Of a stretch of 64,000 nucleotides of DNA, positions 62,928 to 64,000 are shown piece after piece. The DNA is taken from contig CATNEN010000038.1 in the NCBI GenBank assembly GCA_950097015.1, positions 23,746,001-23,810,000 of the forward strand, read 5' to 3'. A program made the position numbers and the translations under genes. The notes below the pieces were generated by a model that ran no database searches, had not been told where the DNA came from, and saw nothing but the letters and a program-made list of their open reading frames with translations. This DNA comes from Macrostomum hystrix. Lineage: Eukaryota > Animalia > Platyhelminthes. The stretch's first letter is position 1. Each line of letters starts with the position of its first letter.

Positions 62928-63425
62928 CATGCTGTAACTCTATTAGATGACATGCCATGACTCTATTAGATGACATGCTATAACTCTATTAGATGACATG
63001 CCATGACTCTATTAGATGACATGCCATAACTCTATTAGATGACATGCTATGACTCTATTAGATGACATGCCATAACTCTATTAGATGACATGCCATGACT
63101 CTATCAGATGACATGCCATGACTCTATTAGATGACATGCCATGACTCTATTAGATGACATGCTATAACTCTATTAGATGACATGCTATGACTCTATTAGA
63201 TGACATGCCATGCCTCTATTACATGACATGCCATGACTCTATTAGATGACATGCCATGGCTCTATTAGATGACATGCCATGACTCTATTAGATGACATGC
63301 CATGACTCTATTAGATGACATGCTATGACTCTATTAGATGACATGCTATGACTCTATTAGATGACATGCTATGACTCTATTAGATGACATGCCATGCCTC
63401 TATTAGATGACATGCCATGACATGT
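62928..63425. repeat. 23-bp minisatellite (ATGACTCTATTAGATGACATGCC)n
   Basis: About 21 units. Confidence 0.95.
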
Positions 63426-64000
63426 GCACCAACAGTTCTATACATCAGAGCCTGCAGTCTTGCACAACACTTACACCTGACCTCTCAAACTCAACCTGTC
63501 CCCTCTCTTTTTGACAATTCCACTTTCAAATTGTAAAGAAAGTAAGTTTTGATTGACACCTCTCTGAGCTAGAGGCCGTGGCCTTTGAGAGATGGTGAAT
63601 GGTAATTAGTTTTTTTCCAGAGCGTGGCTTTTAAATGGTTCAACCTAATACCCCTTTAAATTTAGTAGAAGTAGGAGAGTCAATGAAGTTTAATGACAAC
63701 AAATATTCACACAATCGCGATGCTATTAATTCTTCGTTTATAAGAAAATGTTCAATTCTCTTTCACTACTTCTTTTTTCTTTAAAAAGGCAACCTATCTT
63801 CTTCAAACAAAGTTAATTTCTCATGTAAGTCTCTGCTTACTTTTTTTATAGCTGCATCAAATTTCGCATCGCTTAGTCAAGAACTCAAATTAGCATTTCA
63901 TCAACAGAAAAAAGCACTTCACTAAACCGAGACCAGAGGAGAATATGAAAAGCAAATCAATAAGAAATTTGAGAAATTTCGAACAAATTTCTTCCATCAA

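Overview
Eukaryotic (metazoan) genomic DNA with spliceosomal GT-AG introns and an unusually high density of short-unit minisatellites. The gene content and repeat style suggest a free-living flatworm such as Macrostomum, but that is inference only. Genes I can support: the last exon of an Xaa-Pro aminopeptidase 3 (XPNPEP3-like); an intronless divergent rhodopsin-type GPCR; a two-exon prominin-like gene; a 7-exon ankyrin-repeat gene; a poorly resolved Gln-rich gene; tRNA-Ser(CGA); a 3-exon gene ending in an RBX/APC11-type three-zinc RING-H2; and a 9-exon, 7-cadherin-repeat protocadherin (38710-61714) ending in SSFV*. Mobile DNA: a decayed mariner, a Helitron-like 3' end, two tRNA-derived SINE families (two copies each) and one unclassified dispersed repeat. 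More than 25 tandem arrays occur, many inside introns and many with 22-24 bp units. Most long ORFs in the supplied track are translations of these arrays. The most notable observations are: almost every long intron holds its own minisatellite, several with branchpoint-like + AG|GT units; a SINE carries an exact HDV-ribozyme P3-L3 motif; and an RBX-type RING is fused to a long acidic extension. All exon models were read by eye and need RNA-seq confirmation.
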